From positions 532,212 through 596,211 of the forward strand of contig JAAOMT010000175.1 of assembly GCA_016748015.1 (NCBI GenBank): a stretch of DNA of 64,000 nucleotides. Direction: 5' to 3'. Below, one piece after another: positions 12,960 through 26,200 of the stretch. Each line of letters begins with the position of its first letter. Position 1 is the first letter of the stretch. The stretch is from Geosiphon pyriformis uo1. Lineage: Eukaryota > Fungi > Glomeromycota. A model generated the notes under the pieces. The model did no database searches and had not been told where the DNA came from. It worked only from the letters and a program-made list of their open reading frames with translations. The translations under genes and the position numbers were made by a program.

Positions 12960-14452
12960 ATTTTTTTTATTATGTGTTTAATAAGTATAATTTAACTACT
13001 ATTTAAATATTAAGCACAAATTAAATATACTAAAATTAAATGTAATTTATGTGCTTTTTATATATAATTAGCTATTTAAGCCAATTTAGACTATATTATA
13101 TTAATGCTATTAAAAGAAAACTTACTTAAAAAAAACATTTTTTAAACAATTTCAAATAGTATAGTACTATTACTTATTCTAACCAGCTATTTAGCTGTTT
13201 TTAATGTTTTAATTTTTTTAATAATAGATTCATATTTTTAAAATAATATTAAACTAGAAAATATATTATTATTTACTGTAGACAAACTTATTTAAAGACT
13301 AGTTATGTCAATATTTTATAGTTGTATTTAGTTTTTAAAACAACTATCTTATGTTTTAGCTTATTAAAAATATTTATATATATCAAAATTTTATTAATTT
13401 TAAAGCAAAATGCTTTACTTGAAACCAAATTACTATTGATAAATTATTTAAACACAATAATAAGACAACTAACAAACTTAATAATAAACTTAACCAATGC
13501 AGAAAGTTTGGCCAAATTAGTTTTTAAAAAAATTAACTGAAAAAACACTATAAAATTACTAATTAAAATTACAACAAAAGAAGCAAAATTAATTAAAAAC
13601 ATAAAAACTAAAGATAATACAGATATAGCAATCTTAACATAAAATTTAGTACTAATAAAACAAAACACAAATATCTTAAAAGTTTTAGGAAAAAAAAATA
13701 AAAACATATTATAATTAACAGTTAAATAATCTAAACTTTGATATTTAAAACAGTATTAGTATTCAAAAATTTTTTATTAAATACAATATTTTTTTAAAGT
13801 AACAGTTTTAATAATAATAGTATCCAAATTACTTTGTAAACTAAATTTGATTAGAGCAAACTAAAAGCAATAATCAGAATTAAATAAACAAAAAATAAAA
13901 CAAGTTTAACTATTAACTTAAAAAATTATATTACTAATTTTAAAGACAATACAGCTAAAAAAAAGTTAATTAACTTGGCTTTAAACTTATTATAAAACAA
14001 AATAGTTTTATTTTAATTTACTAAAAGAAAAATCTTAATATTATTCTTATTTAATAAAATTAATAATTCAAAACAGATATAGTAGTATTTAAATTTTTAA
14101 AATAAATAACTACATATTGCCAAATATTAGTAAACTTCAGTACAACATAAATAACTTTTTTAAATGCATCAAGCACTATTTTAATATTAGCAGTAAACAT
14201 ATTTAAAAGCATATTATATAATACAACAGCAGCAAAAAAAGAACCAAACTTAGAAATTATCATAAATTTGGCAATTTTAAGAGTAATCAAATAAATAAAA
14301 CTATCAAGTTTAACCAAAAATACAGCTTTTAAAAATTGTTAGAAAGCAAACTCTATATAAAAAAGCTTTATATTGTTTTTTACAACTGAATTTACATTCA
14401 AAAAATTATGTATAGACAAAAAAACAGTCTTAATATAAAAACAATTTTAAAT
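12960..14452 (-). mobile_element. Second copy of the ORF1-only LINE derivative, 5'-truncated
   Basis: Reverse complement aligns with ~2135-3620, including the same ORF1-end/3' UTR junction. ORF 14060-14317 reads IWQYVVIYFKNLNTTISVLNY. T-run (tail) at ~12961. Confidence 0.8.
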
Positions 14453-14640
14453 TAATCTTTTTTAACAATTTTAATTATAAAAAAAAAGTTGTTATTTTCT
14501 AAATATTGTAAATAATATCTTATATTAATTTTGTAGACTTTTTTAGTTTGATTTTTTGTTTATTGTTATCAAAATATTTAAGTTATAAAGTAGATTAATT
14601 TTTAATAAGATAAATTAGAATTGTTAAAATTTTTAGCTGT
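14453..14640 (-). mobile_element. Left fragment of the outer (older) dUTPase-Gypsy element
   Basis: Aligns with 18780-18965 of the inner element (start of dUTPase) and joins colinearly to 30185 once the inner element is removed. Confidence 0.7.
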
Positions 14641-15550
14641 TGTTATCAAAAGTTTTTGTTCTTTTTTTTTGATTTATTATTATTATTATTATTATTAATT
14701 CATAATTATAAGAAGCAGTTAAATCTTTAATGACTAAGTTTATCAGCAAATTATTTTCTATAATTTGATTTACTGGATTTATAAATAGAATAACCAATTT
14801 TGTAACAGTTATTTGTATAGTTACTTTATAGTAAAAGTTAACTTTTTTTAAGAAATATTTATCTAAAAACTCATTAAAATATGTAGTTATTTTGTTGTAA
14901 AAATTAACTTATTACAAAATCTTATTTGTATCTTAATTTATATAATAAAAAAATAAAAAAAAATAAAAAAAAGGTAAAAAAAAAAATTTTGTTAAAGAAA
15001 TTGTTTTCTGTTTACCTAAAATTCTTAACAAATTATTGAAATTAGTTGGAATTTAGAAAATTTTAAGTATAATAATTAAAAAATTTATTGTTTTCTAAAT
15101 TGTGATTTTTATTTAACTTGTAAAAATATAAAGAGATAATTAATTTTAAGAAGATTAATTTTAAGTAAGATAGATTTTTTTAAAGAGAAAATTTTTTTTT
15201 ATTCAACTTATTGTAGTATTAGTCTGTAAATTTGTATTTTTTTTTAATAAACTAAAGATATATTTTGGCAAATTACAAATTATTTTTACAAATTATTAAA
15301 TATTTTAATAAACTATTTGTAATTTTGGTAAATTTTTACAAATTTTTGAATATCATTTAGTTTGAAATATTATATAATTTGATTATTTTATTTGTGTATT
15401 ATCCAAATTAGATTATTAGTTTTGTAGTAATATTTAATAATTTGATTAATTTAATAAGTAATAATTGATAGTAATAATATATATTAATTAATAATATAAA
15501 TTATAAAAGTAATTTTATGTTAAATAATAATTTAAATTCTACTAATAACA
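14641..15550 (-). repeat. 3' LTR of inner Gypsy
   Basis: Termini TGTTAT...ATAACA (6-bp inverted repeat). Direct repeat of 22329-23114 plus 30012-30180. Confidence 0.85.
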
Positions 15551-16599
15551 TAATCTTTTTTTCAAAACTGAGTTTTATTAAAATCTAAGTATTATCTGTA
15601 ATTTGTTCTGAAAATTGTTGAAATTTTAGTTTTATAAGCTTTTCAATATATTAAATCTTTAATGTTAAAAGTATTGAATTTTATAGAATATTTTTACAAA
15701 TATTGAATAAATTATAAAGTTTAAAAACTGTTCTAAGTTTGTAATAAGTGTTTGTTAGTCTAACTGCTATTTTGAATTTATTGTAAATTTGTTTTTGTAT
15801 AGTTTTTGAAATAAAATTTGTTGCTTTAAGTTTTAATTTTTATTTATAGTGTCTTTTTAATATAAAAATATCAATAAATAAGAGTATGTTTATTGTTCTG
15901 TTTATTAATACATAGTTTAAATTTTTGTTAAATTATAATATTTGGTGAAATATTAATAAAAATAAATATTACATTTTTTTTAAATACTTGTTTTAACAGT
16001 TTTAATAAGTGAATTTCAGAATAATTTCTTGTGTTTTTTCTATAAAAGTAATAATTTTGTAATTTGTTTACTATTAAGTCTGTAGTTTTTTTTTAAATAA
16101 CTAATTTGATTTTTATTAATAATTATAAATAAGTTAAAAAGTGTTTTTAAAACTAATATTAATTTTTAAAATAGTTATTAAATATTCTGAAAGATAATTA
16201 TAATAATTAAAACTGAAAAAGAAGATTTTTTTTTGCAGAATAGAAAAAAAATAAATAAAAAAAATATTTTTGATATAAAGTTTTTATTTATTTTTGAATA
16301 TTGTAGATATTTGTAATTGTTTATTATTTTGTGTTTTTATTATTAAAAAACTATTAATATAAATAAATTAAATATTTTAGTTCAGTTGTTGTTTTATTAT
16401 AACTATTGGTTTTAAGTTTTAAAAAATATTTTTGAAATTTATTAAAGAGGAATGTATACTAATTTGTGTAATTAATAATTTCGAATTGGTTTTAAAATAA
16501 TAGTATTTTAATCAAACTTTATGTAAACTTTTGTTAAAACTTTGTTATTAGGTTTAACTTATATAATTTATTGCTTAAAACTTTATGAATATTAAATGG

Positions 16600-17500
16600 T
16601 CTATTTTATTTATGTTTAAATTTTCTATTACTATTGTTTTACAGTCTTAGTTCTGTATAAGAAAACTTTATTTTTAACTTTAAATTTATTAGTAATTTAT
16701 GACAATTTATTCTTATATCATTTTTTTTGTTAAGCTTAGAAGTATTTAATATAAGTAACTATAATTTGTTGTTTTTTTTAATATGTTTAAAAAAATATAG
16801 ACTTTTAATTAAAGTGTTTCCTAAAAGTTTTTTTTTGTAATTAGTTGTACTAAATATATTTCTATGATAAAATTAATTAATAATATTGTATTTTTTCTAT
16901 AAATCAAGTTAATTAGTATATGTTTTATAATGTTTTGTTTTAATATTCAATATATTAATAATATTAATAGATAAAAATATTTTATTTCTGTTTAAAATTA
17001 GTTGAAATTTTGGTTAATGATTTACATAATGTTTAGTTACAAATCTATTTGTTTATAAATAATAAGATAATAAGAATAATTTCTTAATATTAAATTATTT
17101 ACAAATTTTTTGTATTAAGTTATTTATAAAATATGTTTTTGATTAAATAAAAGTTTAATTAAGTATCTATGTCTACAAATAATGTTTTTATAAATAAAAT
17201 TTGCTATTAATTTTACATTTATTTTTTATTAACTCTAACTTCAAGCCATTTAATATAATAATTTACTACTATTATAATATAATAATTTTTTTTGATTGTA
17301 ATAAATAATAATCTGATTAAATTAATACCAACTCTATTAAAAGATTATCCAACTTTAATTGGATTTAAAGATTTAATAAAGCAAATTTCTTTTTTTTTTA
17401 ATAACTATTACAAAATTTTACATATTTTCAAATGTTTTTTGCATATAAAACCAAAAATAATGTTCAAGTATTCTTTAAATTGGTTTATTTCTTCTTAAGT
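16600..17500 (-). pseudogene. Decayed retroviral-type integrase
   Basis: LNPIKVG*SFNRVGINLIRLLFITIKKNYYIIIVVNYYIKWLEV and IANFIYKNIICRHRY are A/T-shifted versions of the rve consensus PFDRVGIDLVGPLP..GNRYIIVAVDYYTKWPEA..IICRHG. Confidence 0.75.
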
Positions 17501-17849
17501 ATACTGAAAAAAATTTGTATACATGTTATATAATATTGTTTTTTTTTGTTTTGTTGTATTAATTTGAGTAAATTGGTTGAATTTCTGCAATTTAAATAAT
17601 AGATTTTATTATAATATAAAAAATATTGTTTTAATTAATGTTATAACTAATGTTTTTTATTTGATAACAAGTTTTTGGGTATTATAAAAGTTTTCAAATA
17701 GTTTTTGATATTGTTGTAATTTTCAAGATTTATTGTTATTTGCTTGTTGTTTTTGTTAATTAATAATATGTTGTTAATATTTTTGACTTAATTTTGTCTC
17801 ATTTTTAAAAGATTATTAATATTAAAATAGTAATTTTTTTGGTTTATAA

Positions 17850-18150
17850 TATATAATAAATTTGTAATCAGCAAAAAAGTCAGTTTATCAAAATTGCTTT
17901 GTGTTAAGTTTGAAACTTATTTTGCTGAGTTATTTAAAACCAATATTATTTGTTATAATGTCAAATTTTTTTTTGTTTTATAAATATTGTTAAAAATATT
18001 TGAAAGCCCAAATAACAACTATAACTTTTAATTTTGTTAAGCCATATCTGAGTTTTGTTAACTTAAATGTTCTGTTAACATAAACAATAACTTACTTATT
18101 GCTTTAATTATCTAATTGTAATAAAATAATACTAAATGCTATATAAAAAA
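17850..18150 (-). pseudogene. Decayed Ty3/Gypsy RNase H
   Basis: AFSIILLQLDN..VIVYVNRTFKLTKLRYGLTKLKVIVVIWAFKYF*QYL corresponds to GAVLSQ..VIAYASR.L...E..Y...ELE..AVVWAL..F..YL. Confidence 0.75.
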
Positions 18151-18489
18151 TTTCTATAAATTTAAAACAATTTAAAAGATTTCTTGTTAAAAAATGTTGC
18201 TATGTATTATTTCAATTTCTAATCTATTTAATAAAATAATAAGATGGCTATTAGGATTATAGAATATGATTATAAACTTTTTTATTTCTTTGGATAGATA
18301 AATATTAAAAATTGAAATATTGTGTTTACTGTAAATTTGTTTATTAAATTCGAAAATTTGTTGAGTAGTAGTGAGTTTTGAATAGATGCAAATTTTTTGT
18401 TTTTTAAAAAGTGGAATAATAATTGGTTAGAAAAGTTGAAAAATCTAATAAGATTTATTTTGTATATTAAGAGTTATATTAACTGGAAC

Positions 18490-18900
18490 TGTAAATTGTC
18501 TGATTAAACTAAAATCTTGTGTTTTTCTTTCACTTTTTCCTAATTGTTCTCTATTATTTACAAATTGTAAATTCGAAATGTTAATTAAAAGTAAATAAAT
18601 AGCTTGGACAATTTTTTTAGCATATTTAATCTTAAAAGACTTTTTAATTTCGTTTTCTAATATTTCCAGTATATTCTGTATTGATAATTTCTTTTCTAAT
18701 ATTAATTTTTTTGTTTATTAATAATGATTAGAAAGCAATTTGAATTATTGTTTTTGATGGTATTTTAAGCGCAATTTTAAGACTAATTTTTGTTAGTAAC
18801 TTTGGTTAAAAGACTAAAGTGTTTTTGCCAAAATATTATAAATCATATTTTGTATCAATTTCGTGAACTTTTTCTGGTTTAATCCTTGTCTATTGTTGTT
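18490..18900 (-). pseudogene. Decayed dUTPase domain within Gypsy pol
   Basis: PEKVHEIDTKYDL (motif 1 DAGYDL), IAF*S (ASRSS), EIINTEYTGNI (GVIDAGYTG), KKIVQAIYL (KIAQ), ERKTQDFS (RG..GFGS), in the correct order. Confidence 0.75.
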
Positions 18901-19929
18901 AAAGTATTTGAGTTGTATTGCTAACTGATTTTCAAAAAGATAAATTAAAATTGTTGGTATTTTTTCTTGTTTAAATTTTTCAAATTCAATTTTATATTTA
19001 TTATCTTTAATATATAATAGTATGCTGAAAGCATAACATTTTGAACATTATTGGTTATTACAAAATATAATGTATTTTTTACATAATTAAATGTTTATTT
19101 GTATTAATTATTGAATTTGGGTTTTTTTTAAAAAATAAATATAACTAAAAATTAAATAGTAAAGTTCAATTTTATTTTTATAGTCGAATCCAGTTAATTC
19201 TATTGTGTATTTAATATATTCTGCTTTTTTCATTTGGTAAACATCTTCTTTTGTTCTTCTATTAATCAAAATTATAGCTAATTTATCGATTATTTTAATA
19301 TTATGTAAATAATAATAGAGTTTATTAAGAATATTATTGTATACTGCATTAAAAAGTGTTTTTTTTCAACTTTTTGAAAATTGGTAAAACATATTGGCAG
19401 ATTTGATTACAAATTTTTTTTCTTATTGAAATATTATCCCAATTACATTTTTTAGATAATAATACTTTATATATAAGACAAAAGATTTTGTTTTATTTCC
19501 AGTTCTTTTTGAACTGCCAAATTGTTTTTGGTAGCAGGTTTTACAATATTAAAAAATGTAAGTTTTGTATTATTTTTTTGGTAATATATAAGCTTCTATA
19601 GATCAAAGCTTTTTATTATAATCTTTATATTTAAGTAAAATATAGAGTGGTTGTTTTTTTGGTTCTAGTTTTAAGTATAAAACATACTAACTATTAACTA
19701 TTTTAATTATAAAGATAGATTATTGGTTGATTTTTTTAGATTATAATATTGTTAATTATGATATAAATATTTCAAATAATTGTTTAGTTTCTTTAACTCA
19801 ATTAAACTAAGAGTTGAGTATCATGTAGGTTTTAGTAATTGGTTTTTTTTTCTCTTTAAATTCAAAAACTGGAACTTTTTTGAATTGTTTGTTAAAAGTA
19901 TTATAAGTAACAAATATTTTAGTATATTG

Positions 19930-20280
19930 TTTTTAGTATAAAATTTTGAATTTCTGAGTTTTTCAATCTAAATTTACATTTGTTTTAAAGAGTTAATTGT
20001 TTTTAATAAAAGCTTAATATTAAGATACATTTATGATTAAACATTAACTAAAATAATAATTCTATTAATTGTAAAAAAAATTTGTTAATTCTTCTTACTA
20101 AGATTTTTTTCATATTATTTGTTATAACAATTATAGTTAAGCAGATTAATTAATAGTTTATTAAAGCTATTGTATTAATTAGTAAATAATAATATTTTTA
20201 GTAAATTTACTGTTTAGAATTAAGTAAATTGGCTTTTTTTTAATTTTTGTTTTAGTTTACATAGCTATAATTATTTTTTG
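19930..20280 (-). pseudogene. Decayed retropepsin aspartic protease
   Basis: KKKPIYLILNSKFTKNII corresponds to I.LILDSGSAGSII; paralogous copy at ~31200-31500. Confidence 0.65.
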
Positions 20281-20929
20281 TTTAGTAATAGCTATATTGT
20301 TAAGCAAAAATAATAATTTGTTTATTTCAAATTTGAATAAAAAGATTTAAAAAATTTGCATTTTCAGTAATTTTGACTGGTAAAATAGTATGATTATTGT
20401 GAGATAAGTTTTGTTTTTGTGTTATATTTTTACTTTTAAAAAGTATAGTTTATTAACAACTCTGTTTTTAAACATAGTTAAATAATTTAATCAGATGTTA
20501 TAATAATTAGGTATTTGTTAATTAGAGTTTTAAGGTACCAATTAATTATTGTTAACAAAAAACTAATTTTGTGATGTGAATTGGTTTTATTAAATTAATC
20601 TGTAAACAAAAACTTAATACTATTGAACTGATAATAATTATTTGTATTATAAAGATTGTTGATACTACTATTATTAACTTGGTTGTAAAGTTAGTTAGTA
20701 ATAATTGTTTTGATATTAGAATCTTAATAAGTAATATGTTAATAGCAAAAATTAATAATAAAATTGCTAAGATTAGAAATACCATTAATTATTTTTTTGT
20801 TGTTAATCTTTCTGTATTTTTTGGCAGTTTTATTTTTAGTGTTTTGAAATTTTATAATAATAACAACTTTAAAGTTGATTGTTAGGTAATAAAAAGTTTC
20901 TTTGGTTTTAATATTAAAATAGTTGATAT

Positions 20930-22270
20930 TTTTATTAATTAATAAAATATGTTTCAACTTTTTTAATAAGTTAATTAATTTTTTTTTAGCAGTTGAACTG
21001 GTTTTTTTAATTATAAAGTTGACATGTTTAATATAGTTGGTTTTTTTTATAACCATTTTATAATTTTAAATATATATTATAACAATGACTAAATTTTTAT
21101 ATGCATATAGTCAAATTTTCTTAATATATTTATCTTTTAATTTAGCAATAAATTGATTTAATAATTGGATATTTAAATAGTAATTATTGCTTCTTAATTG
21201 TTTAATTTTTTAGAAAAGTTTATTGAATTTTTTAAGATAAATTATAATAGATTAAGCAAATTTCTGTTTAATATTTTGAAAGTGATTTTAGAGAGTAATT
21301 GAAGTATTATTGTTAATAAACTATTTAAGAAAAGCAGTTTTAAAAGCTGGCCAATTAGCAAAAAGTGCTGCTAAGTTTTTAAATTATTTGGCTGCAGTTT
21401 TTTATAAAAAGTAAAGAATTGTTTTTAGTATTTTAATTGTATTTTATTTATTGATATCTTTGACTTTAATGACTTTATTAAACTATTTTTAAAGACTGGT
21501 TTCAAAGTTTTTTTTTTAAAATTCAGAAATCTTTACAATATAAGTAGTGGCTATTTTTTTGTTTCCATTATTACTAATATGTTTTTTATTGTTTTTTTAT
21601 TGTTTTTTTTATTGATTTAAAAACATTTTTTTTTATAAGTTAGTGTTTTTAAATGTTTACTTAGGTTTTTTGCTAAATAATTAAAAAGATTAGTGTCAGT
21701 ATGAATTAGTTCTGACTGTTAAATTAAATTTTTAGTAAAGTTTTTTAGTTTTAAAAATTAATTGAGTAGTAAATTTGGTATTTGTACTTAAACAAGTAAA
21801 ACTAAAAAAAATGTGATAAAAAATGGTAGTTTAGAATTGACTTTTTGTTTAAGTATTTATAAGTATTAAAAAATTGTTTTTAATATATTAAAAGTTATAT
21901 AAACTAGTTGATTGTTTTTTTTTGCTTTTGTTGTTTATTTCAAATTCAGACTTAAATTCAAGAATGAATTATAAGTTAACAGAATATTTTTCTTTACAAA
22001 ATTTGATAATATTGTAGTCAAATTTTTCAAAATAAGTAATATAAGCATTAGTATTAATATTTTTTAAATCTCTATTTGAGTAATAAATAAGGTTTTCAAG
22101 AAAATTTTACTTAATTTCTGTAATATTATAGTCTTCAAAAAAATAATTATTGATTTGGTTTTTAATGTATTAAAAAAATATTTTCTTAAATGTTGTAATT
22201 TTGTTTTAAATTCTAAATATTGTTTGTAATAAATATAAATTAACTGATAGTATTCTAAAGTTGTTTTGTT
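20930..22270 (-). pseudogene. Decayed retrotransposon gag
   Basis: FANWPAFKTAFLK*FINNNTSITL*NHFQNIKQ...YLKKFNKL...LNQFIAKLKD (Retrotrans_gag-like); paralogous copy at ~32100-32720. Confidence 0.7.
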
Positions 22271-22308
22271 TAATATAGTTACTATTTTGATTTAATTATT
22301 ACTGTATT

Positions 22309-22326
22309 ATTCTTAAAAGAGCACCA
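22309..22326 (-). promoter_or_regulatory. Candidate primer-binding site
   Basis: Minus strand TGGTGCTC... lies 2 nt after the 5' LTR end and is complementary to a tRNA 3' end ...GAGCACCA; tRNA identity not assignable. Confidence 0.6.
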
Positions 22327-22328
22327 AA

Positions 22329-23114
22329 TATTATTAAAAAGTTTTGGTCTTCTTTTTTTGATTTGTTAATGTTATTATTGTTGTTAATTCATAATTATAA
22401 AAAACAGTTAAATCTCCAATAACTGAATTTATCTTTAAATTATTTTTTATAATTTGATTTGCTAAATTTATAAATAGAATGATCAATTTTGTGTTAATTA
22501 CTTGCATAATTATTTTATAGTACAAATTAACTCTTTTTTAAAAAATACTTATCTGAAAATCCATTAAAATGTGTAGTTACTTTGCTGTAAAAATTAAATT
22601 TTTTACAGAAATTTTATCTATAAGTTATCTTAATTTATATAAAATAAAAATAAAAATAAAAAAATTTTGTTAAAAAAATTGTCTTCTGTTTAAACTTAAA
22701 GTTACTAATAAATTACTAAAATTAATAGCTAGTTAATTTCAAATTATTAGTTGAGATTTAGAGAATTTTAAGTATAATAATTAAAGAATTTATTGTTTTT
22801 TAAATTGTAATTTTTATTTGATTTGTAAAACTATGAAAAAATAATTGATTCTAAAAAGACTAATTCTAAATAAAATACATTTTTTCGAAAAAAAAAAACT
22901 CTTTTTTTATATAATTTGTTGTAATACTAGTCTATAAATTTGTATTTTTCTTTTTTAATAAATTAAAGATATATTTTGGCAAACTATAAGTTATTTCTAT
23001 GAATTATTAAATATTTCAATAAACTATTTGTTATTTTGATAAATTTTTACGAATTTTAACAAATTTTTGAATATTATATAGTTTAAAGTATTACATAATT
23101 TGATTATCTTATTT
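22329..23114 (-). repeat. 5' LTR of inner Gypsy, part 1 (continues at 30012-30180 after the LINE)
   Basis: Colinear with ~14641-15393. Confidence 0.85.
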
Positions 23115-23246
23115 TTTTTTTTTTTACATTTTAACGAGTGAAATCCAAATGCTACTTAGTACTATACATCATACAAATGATCTAAACTAGGTGTGAATCA
23201 TGCATTTTCTACATGTGACCAGCCACTCAAGCCAATCAGAACAACA

Positions 23247-26200
23247 CTAGACACCTATATAAACAGAAACCATATCACCTACACTAGAAAAAAACAGACA
23301 AGATTTATGAAACCCAAAGCTAATACCAAAGGCATCAGTAACACCTAATAATTTAACCACACCAGCCGAAAGTAACTTAGAGGGGCCTATAATAGGAAGA
23401 GAGAGAGAACCATTACGTGGAATTAAACCATTTTTCTCTATAAGAGACCTGTGTCTAGCACGAACCAGCCAAACCTCCTCCCAAAAAACAAGACAAAATT
23501 TACGCACAAAGTCTACAACGATCAGAGCTGCCACTTTGGAATCCTTAAAAACAGTAATTGATTCATGGTACCAATCATTAAAAACAAAACCTTTACACAG
23601 AGCCATGCCAACTGCAGCACCAAAAACACAATTTGACAACAATTATAAGACACACAAAGAAGAATGAGAAAAACCAGTGTGAACCTCCCAAGCAGATGCA
23701 TGAACATCAACCAACCAAGTGCAGGCAAAAGCATCAGATGGGCAAGAAAACACATGGTCAGAGATCTCAACATCACCACAATAAAGACATATTATGCTGG
23801 GATAACATCTATCATACAAACGTTTGCATACAGCTACAGGAAGCCAGTGATACAACACCTTTATGAAATATGTTCAACAGTTGGCAGTATGTTTACTAGT
23901 AAAACCAGCAGCCAAATAAAAATCTGGATACCAACCAAAGAAGATCTGAACCAATCCACGTCTGAATACAAGTTACTCAATATGACCCAAGAGCTTGAAT
24001 CCACTTCCTAACCCACACAATAAACTGATTGGAAAACATTATGGACAAAGTGTCTAGAACTACCAGAGACCATAGTACCACCAGCTTTTAGAAACTGTTC
24101 ATTGATTGAAAGAGACAGACAAAAATCAGAAAAAGCAGCAGCCTTAGCAAACTTATCAGCGCACTCATTGCCCATAATGCCAGAATGACCTTTGACTTTA
24201 ACCCAATTCATGTCCAACTGTTTATGACAAATGATGTTAGCAATGTGGTGGTGTTCAATCCAGCACTGATTTCTGAAATCCAGATAAAACAAAACGGATT
24301 CCAAAACACACACATTCAAAGCAGCCTGACTGTCTGAGAACAAATTAACAGAACTAAGAGAGACACACACTCAAGAGCCAGAGCAATAGCCTGTAATTTG
24401 GCCAATGTAGAAAAAACCAAGCCAGACACACTTATACCCAAACCCAAATTAATGTCCTCAAAAAACACTGCAGTACCAGCTTTCATATTGTGAGTTCCCA
24501 GCCCACACAAAGAACCATCCGTATACACAGAAAAACAATTAGAATTAGCATTCAACAGACTGGAACTGACCACATCAAACTCACAGGACCAAAGAATATT
24601 ATGAAGTGCACTGCCATCCAAAAACGGCAGACCAATAAAAGAGAAAATTGTATCTGTAATAAAACAAACAGCAGTATCATACCAAAATGGAACCAGGCCA
24701 CAGAGATCCAATTTCTTCCACTGCTTAAAGACTAACCAACTAAAAACAGCACCATTACAGTCTTGAAATTGTTTCACAAATGCAACACCATACTGGCGGA
24801 GTGAAGAAACACACTTGAAAAATGTCCTATCATCAAGCACAAGAGACAAAAGAGTACCAGACTGAAGGCAAAAGGCACTGGCCACTGAGCCACCCAAAAA
24901 CAAATCCAAATCTGAAAAAATACAGACCATACCAGCCAAATGAATATTGCAGGCACCAGCTGAAAACCTGGAGATCATGGGATCTGTGAGAAAACAACCA
25001 ACCCAAAACACCAACCGAATTCGCAAAAGAAACAATAGAAGCTGATTTACTTTCAGCCTGAATCTGCTTGAATGTTTTTAAACCATATAAAGAAGGATAA
25101 TAGAGTGCATCATTGGGAAAATTGAGAGGCAGACCAGACTTAGATTTTAAACCCTTTTGAATGAAAGCATTCCATTTGTTGCACACACTAGTAGGAACAA
25201 AACTGAACTGAGTTTTGTAACTGATGATAAGAACAAGAACTGCTGACACTAAATATGCAAATTATTTATCTGAAATTGCTTTTTTCAAGACAAGATTGGT
25301 AAAAAACTGAACATTTGAATGCACCCTAATCAAGCTAGGCCTAGACAAACCTTCAGAAGAAAGAAAAATTCCCAGATAATGATGAGGTTCCCCCTTTTTA
25401 GCAACAGAGATAGGCAAGCCACTGATATTAAGAGTAGAGTTTGCTACCCAACAGTTAATAGGGATGGCCACAGTCTTTTCATTATTTATTGAAATGTCAT
25501 TAATCCTGAAGAAATTACTAGCAACATTGAGAATGTGTTAAGTAGTCAACTGGCTATTGCCTACCCAAATTGTATCATCAACAAAAGCACCGGCAGCCAG
25601 AAATAATGTCAGTCCAGCTTGAGATTCCACCCAGCCAGTTTTGAAAATGAAATAAGAATTTAATCTATAGCCACATACAGCCTCCTGCCTCTTGACCTCA
25701 CAAAGAAATGAATCATAAAATATGCACCACAAAAGTGGCAAGAAAACTTCTCCTTGATTTAAGCCATTACACACATGATATCTGTCTGTCAAACCAAAAT
25801 TTGTCATTATCTTGTTAGTGCGACTATTGTAAATGAAGCCAAAGAACCTAATAAAACTGTCACACATCTTGATTCTAACCAAACTTCTCTTAAAGTGTTC
25901 CCAACCAACAGAATTATAGGCTTTGTGCATGTCCTGCAAAACCAATCATAGTTTATGGTTCTTCTCCAAAGCATCTTCAATCACAGAACCAACAGCAAAA
26001 ATTAAAGACTGTATTGTTGTACCCTTCAAAACCGAGAAATTGTCCCCATGCAAAACGTCAAACTTACTATAAGCCAAAGAAATTCTATCTGACAGAATCT
26101 TGGACAGAACCTTGTGGGCTGTTTCAATTAAAGCAATAGAATGGGTATTTATGAAAACACTCTCCCATTTATAGGGTTTAGGAATCATGAAAACCCAAGC

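Noticed and set aside
1614-22525. Short Ile/Lys/Asn/Phe-rich ORFs in AT-rich blocks (e.g. 1614-1871, 13322-13707, 17292-17498, 20552-21056)
   Set aside because: Chance or antisense frames within decayed TEs; not independent genes.
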